A DNA stretch of 64,000 bases from positions 4,709,092-4,773,091 of the forward strand of contig BDGG01000003.1 of NCBI GenBank assembly GCA_001949185.1, given 5' to 3'. The translations under genes were made by a program, and so were the position numbers. Position 1 is the stretch's first letter. Each line of letters starts with the position of its first letter. The stretch is from Ramazzottius varieornatus (Eukaryota > Animalia > Tardigrada). Below the pieces are notes generated by a model. The model worked only from the letters and a program-made list of their open reading frames with translations. It ran no database searches and was not told the DNA's origin. Positions 1 through 11,950 of this stretch are shown piece by piece.

Positions 1-28
1 TTGAACAGTTATTAGACCGCTGCTAAAC

Positions 29-420
29 CTTTTGTCCGGTCCAAAGTTGGTGTAGTTCATTCGAGCAGCTGCCAGTTCGCCAAGAAGGAAGTCCAGCAGC
101 AGCAGACGATTCTCCGGAGTCGCCAGTCGTTCGGCCAACGGTGCGCTCACTAGGCGATTATACGGACACTCCAGCTCGTGTAAGAGACTGCTGACATTCA
201 TAACGAACGAGTTGAGGTCTTGTGGTGACTGCATGGCGTGGACTTCTTGCTGAAGACGGACATAGCCTTGCAGCTGTTTCGAGATCGACTGAACCAGCTG
301 GCTGAACTCTGGAGATTCCAACCCTTGGTTGACAAGCTGCTTGAGGCTTTCTTGGCTTAGCGCTTGTCCTCCAAAGGGCACACCCTGTAGCTCCTTCAAG
401 ATTTCCTCGTCCGCAACCAT
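29..420 (-). CDS. FAM98: FAM98-family protein, first coding exon (gene continues off the left edge)
   Basis: Not in the ORF track. Translation from ATG at 420: MVADEEILKELQGVPFGG...LESPEFSQLV...VSSLLHELECPYNRLVSAPLAERLATPENRLLLLDFLLGELAAARM, matching the FAM98 N-terminal domain (SPEF, E.xCPY, LLLL.xL..EL.AARM); GT donor at 28. Confidence 0.85.
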
Positions 421-1264
421 TCCCGATCCGTTTCTGAGTTTCTACAACGGAAAACCCCCAATAATATTGCACCGTTATACCGTATAAAAAGTTTAGATGC
501 GTCCGCAGCCGGTGTCTGGACGATTAGAGGCTCACCCAGAGCTTATCTACCTGCAGACAACCTCTGGATATCTGTCAGAGTATCTTGCGTGAAACCGAGA
601 GGCTGAGAATGATAACACTCCCCGAGAAGATTCACAGCTGTTCAGTTGCTCAGCTTTCTGTTTCGAAAAAAGTGTCTGATGAACTCGGCCTCTGACTCGG
701 CATCGAAAAGGCTCATACCGCCCGCCATACGGCCGGAACCTCCTCATCAGATCGCAATATCGCGATCTCATAAGTCATAACACTGGTTCTGCGGTGGAGG
801 AGGCACCTTTGGGATTTTCTCCAGCTCCAGGAAATGACCATTGGCATATCTTCCCGATACTTTGTAGAGAGCCAAGGGTCTCAGCTATCACGTAAAAGCG
901 TTGATATCGTCATCGGCGAGTGACATGGTCTGAATGATCCCTCGTCAGCAAAATGTCGCAAAGTCTGTCTCCCTACACGTCCGGCCAAAGTTTACTGTCA
1001 ATGTGAATTCCAACCTTCCTCGTGACTGCATTTGTTCAATACTTTCTCGCACCGTCAGCGACTCTATTCGCCGAGTGCCAAAAACCCGCCAAGCGAACTT
1101 CTTACTGTGAGGTTTTGTTGTTTCCTTTCATGTATGTTTCCTGTCGAAACACTCAGTCTAAGCCCGAAGGGTTTCAAGCCCGTAAGATTTTTCCGGGGTT
1201 TCCAAATTTTAACACAGCACTTCCGGCTGTGTAGTTTGTAGTCCAAACTTTTCTCTTCTTCGCC

Positions 1265-2491
1265 ATGAGCACAGTCCAGCAGCTTCAGCGCGGTTTCGCC
1301 AATCTCTTGACCCCCAACGAAGCTGACAAGAAGCCGGTGATTTTGGTGCTGGGCTGCACAGGGCGCACCGGAAACCTCGTGGCACAGGAGCTGGAGAAGC
1401 ACGGGGACGTCGTTGTCCGCCGGACAGCTCGTAAGCCCGACCAGCTCAACGCGTGGAAAGCCGAAGGGACAGATGCAGTTTTCCTTAATATGGACGACCC
1501 AAAGACGTTCGCAATGGCCATGCACGGGGTTGACCGTCTGTACTTGATGACGGAAGCTACCGTTGGAATGTCGACACATGGGAAGACCCTCATTGATGCG
1601 GCGGTTAAAGCCGGTGTCCAACATGTCGTCAAGCTTTCTTGCTACTATCAATGGGACTGTATCGTACCTCAGTGGGCTTGGCTTTAACTGACCGACACCT
1701 ACCTCAAGAATTCAGGTAAGAGGGAACTGAGAACTCGGCAAGCAAAGTCGAAAGTTCGCTCTTCTAAGTGGCGCACGTCCCCAGTAAGTAACAATGTGAA
1801 CGTGCGCCAATTGGGAAAGCATGCAAACTCGACTAGTTGGTTTCCTGAATGGCGCACATATCCAGCTAATTTCACCACGTTGTGCGCCACCTCGGAAAGC
1901 AATCTTGTCGGTTCGCTGAGCTTCCATTCGAGGTCTTGAAGCACCCCGAATCCTCCTCACCATGTACCAGACTTTAAAGGGTTCGTTTCAAAACAGGAAT
2001 GGCTTGGACCATCCTTCACCCGAACTGCTTCATGGAATGCGCAGGGAATAATCTGCGAGGTGGACAGTGGTCGTTCTACTATGGGGATGCTGGCGTGGGT
2101 TGGATAGCCGTGAAGGACATTGCGACGGTCGCCGCTGTGGCGCTGAGAGAAGGTCCGAAGAAGCATCATGGGAAGTCCTACTGGCTGAGTACAGAGGTAC
2201 TCAACGGACCGCAGATAGGTGCGTTGTTAACGGAACAGCTGGGTACTCCGATTATGGTAGATGTCAAGACTGACGAGGACTTCCTGAAGGACTTGCACGC
2301 CCACAAGTTCAAGCAGGTTATGGACGACTACTATGGAAAATGCTTCAGTGTGTTCCTTCGTGAGGTTCGTACTGCCGGTAACTATCGGGACTGTAAGAGA
2401 CGATGTGCCGTTCGTTACCGGAAAACCCTGCACGACATTCCGGCAGTGGATCAGGGAGAACAAAGAGAACTTCCTGTCAACCATGAAATGA
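1265..2491 (+). pseudogene. NmrA-like NAD(P)-binding protein (bacterial type), disrupted
   Basis: Rossmann motif ILVLGCTGRTG; in-frame TAA at 1685-1687 inside WAWL*LTDTYLKNSG; intron 1716-1996 joins in frame to MAWTILHPNCFM; frameshift near 2370-2385, after which IGTVRDDVPFVTGKPCTTFRQWIRENKENF continues in another frame to TGA at 2489-2491. Confidence 0.8.
1735..1922. repeat. TGGCGCA palindrome element, dimer, in NmrA intron
   Basis: Cores near 1766 and 1848 with CTCGGCAAGCAAAGTCG and CTTGTCGGTTCGCTGAGCT flanks. Confidence 0.8.
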
Positions 2492-2817
2492 TAGAATTTC
2501 ATTTGGCAAATAATTTAGAAATTCCGCATATTCACATTATTTTGAAGGATTCTCTAATTATTCTATCACGTGAAGAAATTCGTAACCGATCACAGCAGAC
2601 AAAATTATAAAATAACATGATTAGCGAACTCAAGGTCTTGGATTTCTCCAACCCAACGAAATAAAAAAAGGCAACAACGAATATATTGTTTTCCCAGGAC
2701 AAAAGAAGAATATGTCAAGGAGGTTCGTATGTCAATCTGGTCGTACTGAACCCGGAAGTACAGTCGATCCAGTATCAAATAGGGTTTTGGGAAGAGCCGT
2801 AGCGGTATACTGATCAT

Positions 2818-3795
2818 TTACAAAGGCAGCTCAGCTATCACACAGGCCAGCAGCTCATTCTTCTGATCCACAATCCGTGCTTCAATACCGTATGTCCCCT
2901 AAGGAGAAAAGAACGGCAGTCAGACGGAAAACTGCGTCGCCAGTAACTGTTAGAGTCAGCAAACGCGAGTTACGCAACGTACAAGTTTGGTTTCTCAAGT
3001 GGCGCACGTTCTCATTGTCACGGACCAGAACCGTGCGCCACTCATCTTAAGCGGCGCACATGTTCATCATGATAGGCTAAAAGCGTGCGCTACTTGCAGA
3101 GCACGATCTTGCAAGTTCCGTCCGCCGGCTTCTCAACGTTGTTCTCAGTGAAAACTATGACTGAATTGCTTACCGGAAGTGCGAAAGCAGGCAAAGCATG
3201 CCGTAACCCATAAGTGTGTCTTCCAGCCAGCAGCGGGCATTTCAGCGAAGGCAGTAACTTCTTGCAGAGATCGTAGTGCGTCGAGAAGAGTTTGTTCCCG
3301 TTATACGAGACCCGGATATTGATGAGACCACTTTCCACTGTGCGCTGAGGGGAGAGCTGGAGGACAAGCCATACTTCTTTGGTCTGGTTCCCAAACTCCC
3401 GAAGTATCACGGATCCACTCTTCCGCTCCGTAACTATGGAACGCGATCACACAAGCTGAGGAATGAGTAGGTTGCAAGAAAAATAATTGCGCCTCACCAG
3501 TGCAGTCGGAGTAAACCGTGCCGATCTGGACGGAAGTGGCATTGGTGGCGTTTCTTATGACCGCTTCCAATTGCCACACTTCTGCAGAAAAAGAAATATA
3601 CCATCATACGTTGCCAATACACGACAAGCCAGAACAGCATGCAGTACCATTGGTGACGCCGGAAGCTGCATCAGACGAATAACTGGAAGAGAAGCCCGAG
3701 AACCCACTTCCGGTGGTAAGGTGAAGGTAACTCAAAGTCCCGCACAGCGCGATGAGAGCAATGGCCACAAGGATTCGTAGCCAATTCCAGGCCAT
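2818..3795 (-). CDS. ML (MD-2-related lipid recognition)/NPC2-like protein, about 4 exons
   Basis: Hydrophobic N-terminus MAWNWLRILVAIALIALCG; YSDC...HYDLCKKLLPSLKCPLLAGRHTY...LPAFALP|GTYGIEARIVDQKNELLACVIAELPL* fits the ML-domain pattern; last intron 2899-3173. Confidence 0.8.
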
Positions 3796-4647
3796 GATAG
3801 ATGCCCGGAAGCGTTTCTTTCAGCAGAGCCTAGCGTTTTACCTTCATCAGGATGGGGAGATTAAAGTAATGAGTATGCGCTACTGTCGGACTTCACGTGA
3901 TACCATCCCTTTCCTGGTCCGCATCTCCCTGACATTCTTTCCCTGCGCTCGTATAGCAACTACAACGATTTTACGTGACCTACTTCACTTGCACCCACTC
4001 ATGCAAAAACAGCAGACATTGTTTCACTCATCAGATAGCAAGATCATGGTCAAAATCAGCAGCATCGAGCGTCCATATCTCAAAGTCCGGTCGGTACATC
4101 AGCCTGTAAGCCAAATAAATATTGCACTGGAAATAATACTGATATTCGTTCCGGAAGACCACTGAAGGATACCTCAATTCCTTCGACTGACAATACTAAT
4201 TTTGAAGAAACATTGTACCTCAAAGGTCCAACTCACTGCCTCGTAAAATCGATGGTAGACCGGGATATAAGTCAGGAACGTTTGCCCAATTCATGCCACA
4301 GCGCGATCAATAAGAATGGCTAAAGTACACCATCGCAGAGCTGAGTCTTTACTGATTATGCTTCCAACAACCGACTTGGGCCAGACGCTACGTGCAGCTT
4401 AAAATTAGAAAAAGGGTCGAAGACACCAAAAATAAGTCTGCGGTATTTCCTGGCCATATGCCTCTCGCTGATAAGCAATTTGTTCAAGCTGGCAACTGTT
4501 CAGCTTGACTCCACTCACACCAGCTTGAAACTGTACAACTGGTAAAACGGATCATTGGAGAGGCTTGTCAAACCTGCTCTCACATTTCCACGGCCACACA
4601 GTGGAAATGTACAGTAACAGACAGTCTTAGCGAAAAAAAGCATTTCT

Positions 4648-5481
4648 TCAGCTTTTGGGCATCGCCGAGCTTGGCACGATATGGCGAGGCCGGTCTTTGA
4701 ATATGATCTTTTTCCGGATCACGGCGTTCATCTCCAACTCCGATATCCAATTCCCACCGTCATCGACGGACTTTATTTTCTTCAGGACCACGAGGGGCTT
4801 CTTCACGTGGACGACATGTCCGGACAGGGCGTAATTCCCGATCATCATCATAGCTCTACTCTACAGTACAAAAGAGAGGCTGTTTACAAGATTTCGTTCC
4901 AGACAATTTAACGAAAACCCACAACGTTTCGAAGGTCGGCAAATGGTTCCATCCAGATCGTTATACCACGTGGCGCACATCTTCACTGCCATTGGGTGAG
5001 ACAGTGCGCCAGTTGGGGAAAATGAATTCACCAAGAACGTTTTCCCAAGTGGCGCACGGCGTCAGCTAATAATTTTGAGGACATGCACCGCTTGAGACAA
5101 CAATTTGCGTAAAACCATTTGCCGACATGCCTTTCAGCATATCAGACCCTATTTAGCATATTGGTGAACAGCTAGCCCACTGCATGACAAACCTCGCCGC
5201 GGATAACAGAGCTATTTGGGTCGTATTCTTCCTGACGTTCCGTGGAGGGAGCAGAGATATGGATCGTCCCAATTTCCTGCCCAGCAAGAAGATCACTGTC
5301 CGTTTGTAGATCGCCTTGCAGCTCAATCATCACCCACTCGGGAGTCTTCTGACCGAGTGGAAGATCCACTTTCCTATTGATGAGCAACGAGGTTTCAGCG
5401 GGAAGAATCAAGGAGTGGGGAAACATTTATCCGATGGAACAGTGTAAACTGGACTTACCGAACAATAGGAATATTCACCAT
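4648..5481 (-). CDS. CTF8: Chromosome transmission fidelity protein 8 (CTF18-RFC subunit), 3 exons
   Basis: MVNIPIV|...EWVMIELQGDL...LAGQEIGTIH...|MMIGNYALSGHVVHVKKPLVVL...AVIRKKIIFKDRPRHIV, the Ctf8 signature. Confidence 0.9.
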
Positions 5482-6660
5482 TGTGAAGCGGGGCTCGTCC
5501 TGCCGATTTCTTCAATCTTGCAGCTCTCGTACCCTGACCTCTTAGTGTCGTAGTCCCTTCCGGTTAAATCGGAAATGGCGAAGCGCGGTGAACGAGAATC
5601 TGTACTTACTCTTAAACGATGACAAAAGTTTCGAAAATTGCGTTTCTTCCTGACCTTCTCGAGCCGCCATAATAAGACCGCCGAGGGAAGTTCTGCGCCC
5701 CTGGGGCCGGAAGGTTCACCCTCCGTTCTGTGCAGGTCTGCCCAGTGCCCAGATCTGTGCAGTCTATAAGCCACTGAAGATTTGCACCGTTTTCCATCGG
5801 GACCCGATTTATGCCATGTAGGTTTCGAGCTCACCGAGGAAAATTTCGGGTAATGTGGTCTACATCGACGAAGATGGGAGACGCCAAGAGGATGAAGTTC
5901 GACGTTCTAGAGACCGGAGCGCCATGCTCCACTAAATCTAACATGCAATGGGCCATCCCCTACTTCTCCTCCTACAAAAATCAACCTAAGCCGCTCAAGT
6001 GAGTCAAGTCCAAAGAACACGTTGTTGGCAAGTCACACCAATGCTGTTTTTGGCAATTTTCTATGGTTGAATTGTGAGTTTGCCGTCTTTTCCGTCTGAT
6101 CCAAATTGTTTACTGCTCCAAAATTTCCTCCCAGCGTATACTTCATCCGGAAGGTGTCAAAGTCAAAGACATGCTCATGGCAGACAAGACCTCGGTGAAA
6201 GCGCTGAAGACCGCTGCCTGCAGGTTATTAAGTGCCGTCCTTGGCAGTTTACTGGTACTGGTGAAAAGATTGCTGGAGAAAGCGAGTGCCAACCTAGTCG
6301 ATGAGATCGTGGGATTTCCGCCTCCTGCTACGCATAGTCCGATTGTGCCGTTAAAGTAGAAATTCCGGCTGCGAGTCGGTTTTCATTATGGCTTTCGAAT
6401 CCTTTGTCTTAACTGACAGTGAAATTCAGTTTACGTTTCCATTTGAGACAATTCTTGATGATTACGAGGGAAGCGAAGTGGAACCGAACTAAGTTTAGAT
6501 ACAGCATCTCATAAAAGTAAATGACCGGTTTCCCCCGAAAGGTTCTGCGCTAGAAATGACGAAAAAGACTGTTTTACTGAACCTTATCAGGGACACAAGC
6601 CGAAAAGCTCTTGAAACCAATCCTCGAAAACTCAAAATTTAGAAGTGACATGGGATTTCT

Positions 6661-8046
6661 TTATGTTAGATGAGGAAGAACAGCGGAAGTAACCACGTTC
6701 TTGTCTCTATGCATCATCTGAAGCGAATTCAATACACACGTATGAGTTTCGAAGAGCTGCGGACACCATTGAAACGTACAAGGCTGTCTTACCGTGTGGT
6801 TTGTGTTGGGAACAGTGGTAATGACGATCCGCCCTTGCTGGTCCAAGGTTTTCAAGCCGAAACTGTCCATCAAGTACACTTCCTGGTCGCGCATGGGAAC
6901 GATGACGGATAGGCTTCTATCACAGTCTCGCCAGTAGCCAAAGTGGGCACTTTGCCATGGGTTTATGGTCCCGTCATCAGGTCCGCCGATCAGAACCAGT
7001 TTCTGGACACGAAGAAAGTTGGCCTTCCACTGGAAACTGTCGGCCACGTGGGAAGCGTCCGAGGTTTCGTTGTTGAGGTATGCTAGGTACTTGGAGGTTT
7101 TACGATAGCTATCGACATGCATCGGATCGGACCCTGCATTAATAAAGAGATCCGTTACAGACTTGCGAAGGATCAAGATGATGGTTGGCAGTACAGCAAC
7201 AGATCGGAAGACACTTACAGTAGCCTCCAAAACTCAGTAACTGTCCTCTTGTATTATAGAGAAGTCGCCAGAGTTCCTTCTTCAAAAAAGCAGGAAAGTA
7301 TTTTCTACAAGCAGACAATCATCTGAATTTTTTTGGTTGACGCTCGATATCTCCATCGAGTGAAACCAAACAAAGTACTACATCGATATCCCGTCTAAGA
7401 AAAACTCAGTAGGCCGGCAATAGAAATTTATAAAACTTACAAGGATGTTGGGCCAAGTGGCGCACATTTTCATTGTTATCGGCCGGAAGCATGCGCCACT
7501 TGAAACTATCTTGTACGCTTCGTTTGCCGACCTTGCTTTCATATGTAATCCTAATTTGTACCTGATGTTAGTACCTGATTGAGGCGATATCGCCGAACTG
7601 TCCCATCTGAGGAGAGGACAAAGAAATGAAGGTGTCGATGTTTAAGTTGGGCACTATCTGAAATCAAGACAAAATTAGTACGGCGCACGTTGCGGTCGGT
7701 TCCTTAGCAGGAAAGTACGCACCTGGAGGACTCCACGGGCAATAAGTCCGCCCTGAGAGAAGCCAATCAAATGGAATCCTTCTGGATGGGCGTCGGAAAT
7801 CTTCTTGATAGCGGCGCCGAAATCTTTCACTTGTTCCATCATTGGCGCTTCGTAGCTTTCATCCCGCGTATACAGGTCCAGAACGGTCACCTCTGTACCC
7901 GGATGTGCCTCCCGGATGTACCCATCGATGTCCTTCAAGGAAGAGGCCGCCTGTCGAAGCCCATGGATGATGATCACCGGTTTGAAGGCTTGACAAGAAG
8001 CTAACAGACTCGCGAAGAACAGGAGCACAGTTCCGACCAGATGCAT
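6661..8046 (-). CDS. PPT2: Lysosomal palmitoyl-protein thioesterase (PPT2-like), about 5 exons
   Basis: Signal peptide, FKPVIIIHG, nucleophile motif [51 protein letters not shown]. Confidence 0.9.
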
Positions 8047-9191
8047 CTTCCTCCTTGGTGTCCGCCACCTGGAAGAAAACACAAACCGCTGTACTTCACG
8101 TCTTTACGAAGGACGCGAATGACGCTGTCGGTATACTTCTGCGGAGTTGTTACGTCAATTGAATCGAGAAGGAAGCCCAAAGGCAGTGTTTGACAACTTT
8201 GAACTGGGAAAGTGACTTTACCTTATAGCCACTTTTAACAATTCAAAACGCCGCCGTGTCCGCCGCGATTGCACGTATGTGGTCCGTATTATACGAGTGC
8301 TGTACGACGGCGATCGTTTCTCTGCCGGCAAGCACAGCGCGCAGACAACGTTGCCAACAATTTAGGCAGGTTGCACTGAGAGACAGTCCCGGAAGGGCTT
8401 GCCAGACTGCTGTGTGAGTCAGCAGTGTGCGAAAGTATGGGAAGCTCTTTCAGGTACCAGTCCAAAGACTGCCAGCATGCACAGTCAGAGCGATCAAACG
8501 ACCGCATACGAGCTCTTGTACGTCACCCTACACAAGCGTCAGGCGTGCTAATACGTCACGTTTTGAACAGCCAGTCAAAAACTGAGCCTAATAAAGCCGG
8601 CTGTACTTTACCTGTGCCAGATATTCTTTGTTTCCTTTTCACAGTTCCTCGTACGTGTATACGAAGTCTAAAAGTGACTAAACGATCTTTCGAAGGCCCG
8701 TACGTTGCTTGTGGATTCGGGTTTTTGTATGGGCGCACATTTACAGTAGAAAAGCACATCAGCGGGCTGTTGTCGTGTACGAGTTATTTGTTTTCCGTCT
8801 GCAAATCTACAGAAAGCTGCCATCTGCTTGTTGCCAGTGCGAATTTAACAACCGGATAATTCGCAGAGCTTTCAATATCTTTTCTTATTGACTACCGAAC
8901 GCCGCCTTCCGAAACGGAGCTCTGTAGACAACCCAGCTGACACTGTACAACCTACCGTCACATAAACGATCTGCCTCAAATAGACCCTCGAATGATCCAA
9001 CGACGAAAACAAAGCAGTAAAACTGTTTTACAATACCAAACATGAACCTAGTATCAACTTTTCCGTCATGGTTCAACCAAGAATCTAAGGGAAAAATTCA
9101 AAATGAAAAGTGGTCACAAAACACTTACGTCGATCACAGCAAAACCTTCAAAATATTCACCAGACTGTCTTCCCACTATACAAGGGAACCA

Positions 9192-10392
9192 TCACTGTTC
9201 AAGAGCATCTCGAAGAAACTTGCCCATACTCTTCGACACCGACTGGGCCGTGTTTGGTTCGAAGTTCCTTCCGATCCGAAAGAGGTAAGGCTGCACATCG
9301 GGGAAGGACACGTCAAAGACCAAACCTAGCTGGTCCTTGTGAGGGTTCTTCGGGACGTACTCGTAACGGTTCATCGCATCCACGACCCTAAAACCCAGCC
9401 ACAATCATTGAAAACTTCCGTCTTAGTACGCAGTTGGAAGCGCGGCAATCAATCTCGACAAGACTGTTTCACCAAGTGGCGCACGCGTCCGTCCTCTAAG
9501 CCGAAAGCGTGCGCCACTTGATAAAACAACCAAGATCGACCAGATCGTTCCAAGTGGCGCACGCTTTCAGCCAATGACACCAAACACGTGCGCCACTTGA
9601 AACAGTCTTTTCGAGTTGCTTTCTCAGGTGGCGCACGTTATTAGTGATATTGGCTGAGTGTGGGCCACTTGAAAAAGCGATCTGTCAAGTTTATCTTTCA
9701 AGCTGCCAGTTGGATTTTTGAAAAACTTACATGAGCATCTTGTCCGAGAGAACAGGCGCCAATTCGTGACGGTACCGTTGTCGATCCGACTCCGTGTCGA
9801 TCTGAGCCAGGGAAAATTTCAGCAGCCAGATTTCCTTTAAGAAGAAACGTAGTGAAGCACTGTGGAACTCACGAAGCAATATGTCGGAGGCTGAAGACGA
9901 CTTCGGTGAGTTCGGTCTAAACTCTAAACTTACCCAAGGTAGTTTGTCATGGCCCATGACGGATAAGCCTCTCGGTCGTTTCTCGTAGAACTCTAGCGAA
10001 ATTGCAGCTGAAGAGTTGGAGGTATCTTGTTGGAGCGATCTGGCGAAAGGGATCACCTCACGGGAGACGGCTTGTTTAAGGTCCGGGGAAGAGCATCGAA
10101 CATACCTAAAAATAAACTAAGAGTAAAGTACTACGCTAGTGCGCGAGCTCATCGGGGAACGGAGCCCGGAGGCAGGTTCAAACAAGACTTACGATAAGTC
10201 GACCGAAGCACAATCGACGTCGTCGAAACCAACCGTTCCGATGACGATTGTCTGATGTCCAGCTTTATCTTCGCGGAAGGTGAACTTGCCTAGAGTACGA
10301 TGAAAGAGGATAGTGTGGAATAGACAGGATGCGCAGTCTTCCACTTGTCGTACATCACACTTGATGTCAATAACATGACGTCGCGCGTTCAT
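9192..10392 (-). CDS. ATG101: Autophagy-related protein 101, 4 exons
   Basis: MNARR...QVED...FHTILFHRTLGKF...IGTVGFDDVDC...ISLEFYEK...PW|EIW...MNRYEYVPK...VFDVSFPDVQPYLFRI...DAL, colinear with ATG101; introns include 9835-9933 and 9388-9730. Confidence 0.93.
9443..9705. repeat. TGGCGCA palindrome element, trimer, in ATG101 intron
   Basis: Cores at about 9474, 9552 and 9626. Confidence 0.85.
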
Positions 10393-11950
10393 CGCGACAA
10401 AGAAGAATCTGCACACACAAAAGCCGTTAACTGCAGAGCTGGTTACTAACGTTGATCTTTTCTTCCCAATGAACTACATTCGATGTGAGCGATATCAGAC
10501 TTACTAGCGTCACGTATTTCCGAAGTCTGCTTACCTTCAACTGTCAACGATTCTCCCGCGATGGAGCAAAAGTATACGACCAAAATGTCCTTCTAGCTGA
10601 TTCTAGAGTACCTCGATCAGGATGGCTACTTCCAGCACAACGACGGCACGGTCAGGAATACTTTTGAAGCGGACGGGACAATGAGAATACTGCAAGAGGA
10701 GCATCTCGTCAGAGTGTAACAGGCTGAAATACTTTACTCAAAGCTGCGAAAGAACTCGCTATCCCCACTTACTTGCTTATCAGTTACGTCAATCAGCATC
10801 CTTATAACACGTCGGTCCCTCGTCGGAAGTTTCAGCTCTCGTGAAAAGGTTTTTGTTCAAGACTTCGAGTGGAAATTAGAGCATAACCACTCGTGATTTC
10901 TGGCGAACGGAAATGATCAATTATGTAAACAAACGTATCACGTCACGTTTCCCCTTGACGTCACAGGGGTACCGTTACAAACGTATGATTTAGTATAATT
11001 TTCTGCATCAACAAATCAATCGAAGCTTTCGACATTCCGGTGGATGTCCCGTCTGCGCGCCATCTGCTTTTGTTGTGAAGTTGCGGGTGTTTTGGCCTCG
11101 CGTCCTATGTCCTTCCCGTCCTTTCCTCGTATTCTTGTGTCTTCTGTGCAGATCATAACGTGTCATAAGAGGTTATTGGGATTGATGAGCAGGAAGCCCG
11201 AGGACTCACCCCGGTTCAGTGACCACAGTCTGTAACCGAGCGCTCACATCGACTGGGTGGAGCAGCTGCGAACTTGATGGCTTGAAAGCGAAAAACCTAC
11301 TCTGTCACCGGGAAAGATTTTAAGGCCTACGGTTTTCTGCTTTTGTGGATGGTGAATCCAAGGGAAAAGTAAGTGATCGTCGATCGCTCATGTTGAAAAC
11401 AGTTTGCTCGTCGCTTCAAAGCCAGAATCGCAGAAACGGCCTCATCTGGAAGATCTCCGCTTTCACCTACGATGGAAATTTTGATCCGTTGTTTTGTTGT
11501 AGGCTTATCGACGGCAACCTTCTCACGACGACGTTAACAAAGATGTATGACATTGCCCTTGCTGACTGCATTGTGACGCAAAAACTCGTCAGCCAGGGTA
11601 AATATTGACAGCGTAAGAATACCGTGACGGCGGCTTCCGTGACACGTCACTCTCGGCTTATATCCGCCTTTAAGAAATTCCATATTTTTGTTTTCCCTTG
11701 TCATATTTTCCTCTGTTGAAAATATTAAGAAGTTCAGTGTTAGGCATTGTTACCCACAACAAAGGAAACGCTGACTGTGAATATCCAAAGCGAGGAAGGA
11801 ATATCCGGAAACCTTTATAACCATGCCATCGGATACCGAAGAAGCCACAAACTGTAAGCTCATAAACAACCTTCAATCTCTCGGGAATTCCTAATCACGA
11901 GGCCTTTCGCTTTCTGATTCTTTGACTGAACTTCCAACGAACCTCACGCC

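Noticed and set aside
5874-6359. Possible small spliced plus-strand gene (MGDAKRMKF...)
   Set aside because: Splice-like signals are present, but I found no consistent frame or recognisable homology.
9443-9705. Repeat-spacer look of the palindrome arrays as a CRISPR array
   Set aside because: The host is eukaryotic, arrays have only 2-3 units, the repeats are inverted, the spacers resemble each other, and there are no cas genes.
9835-9933. 33-aa insertion in ATG101
   Set aside because: It is a 99-nt GTAAGT...AAG intron that happens to be stop-free; removing it restores PW|EIW.
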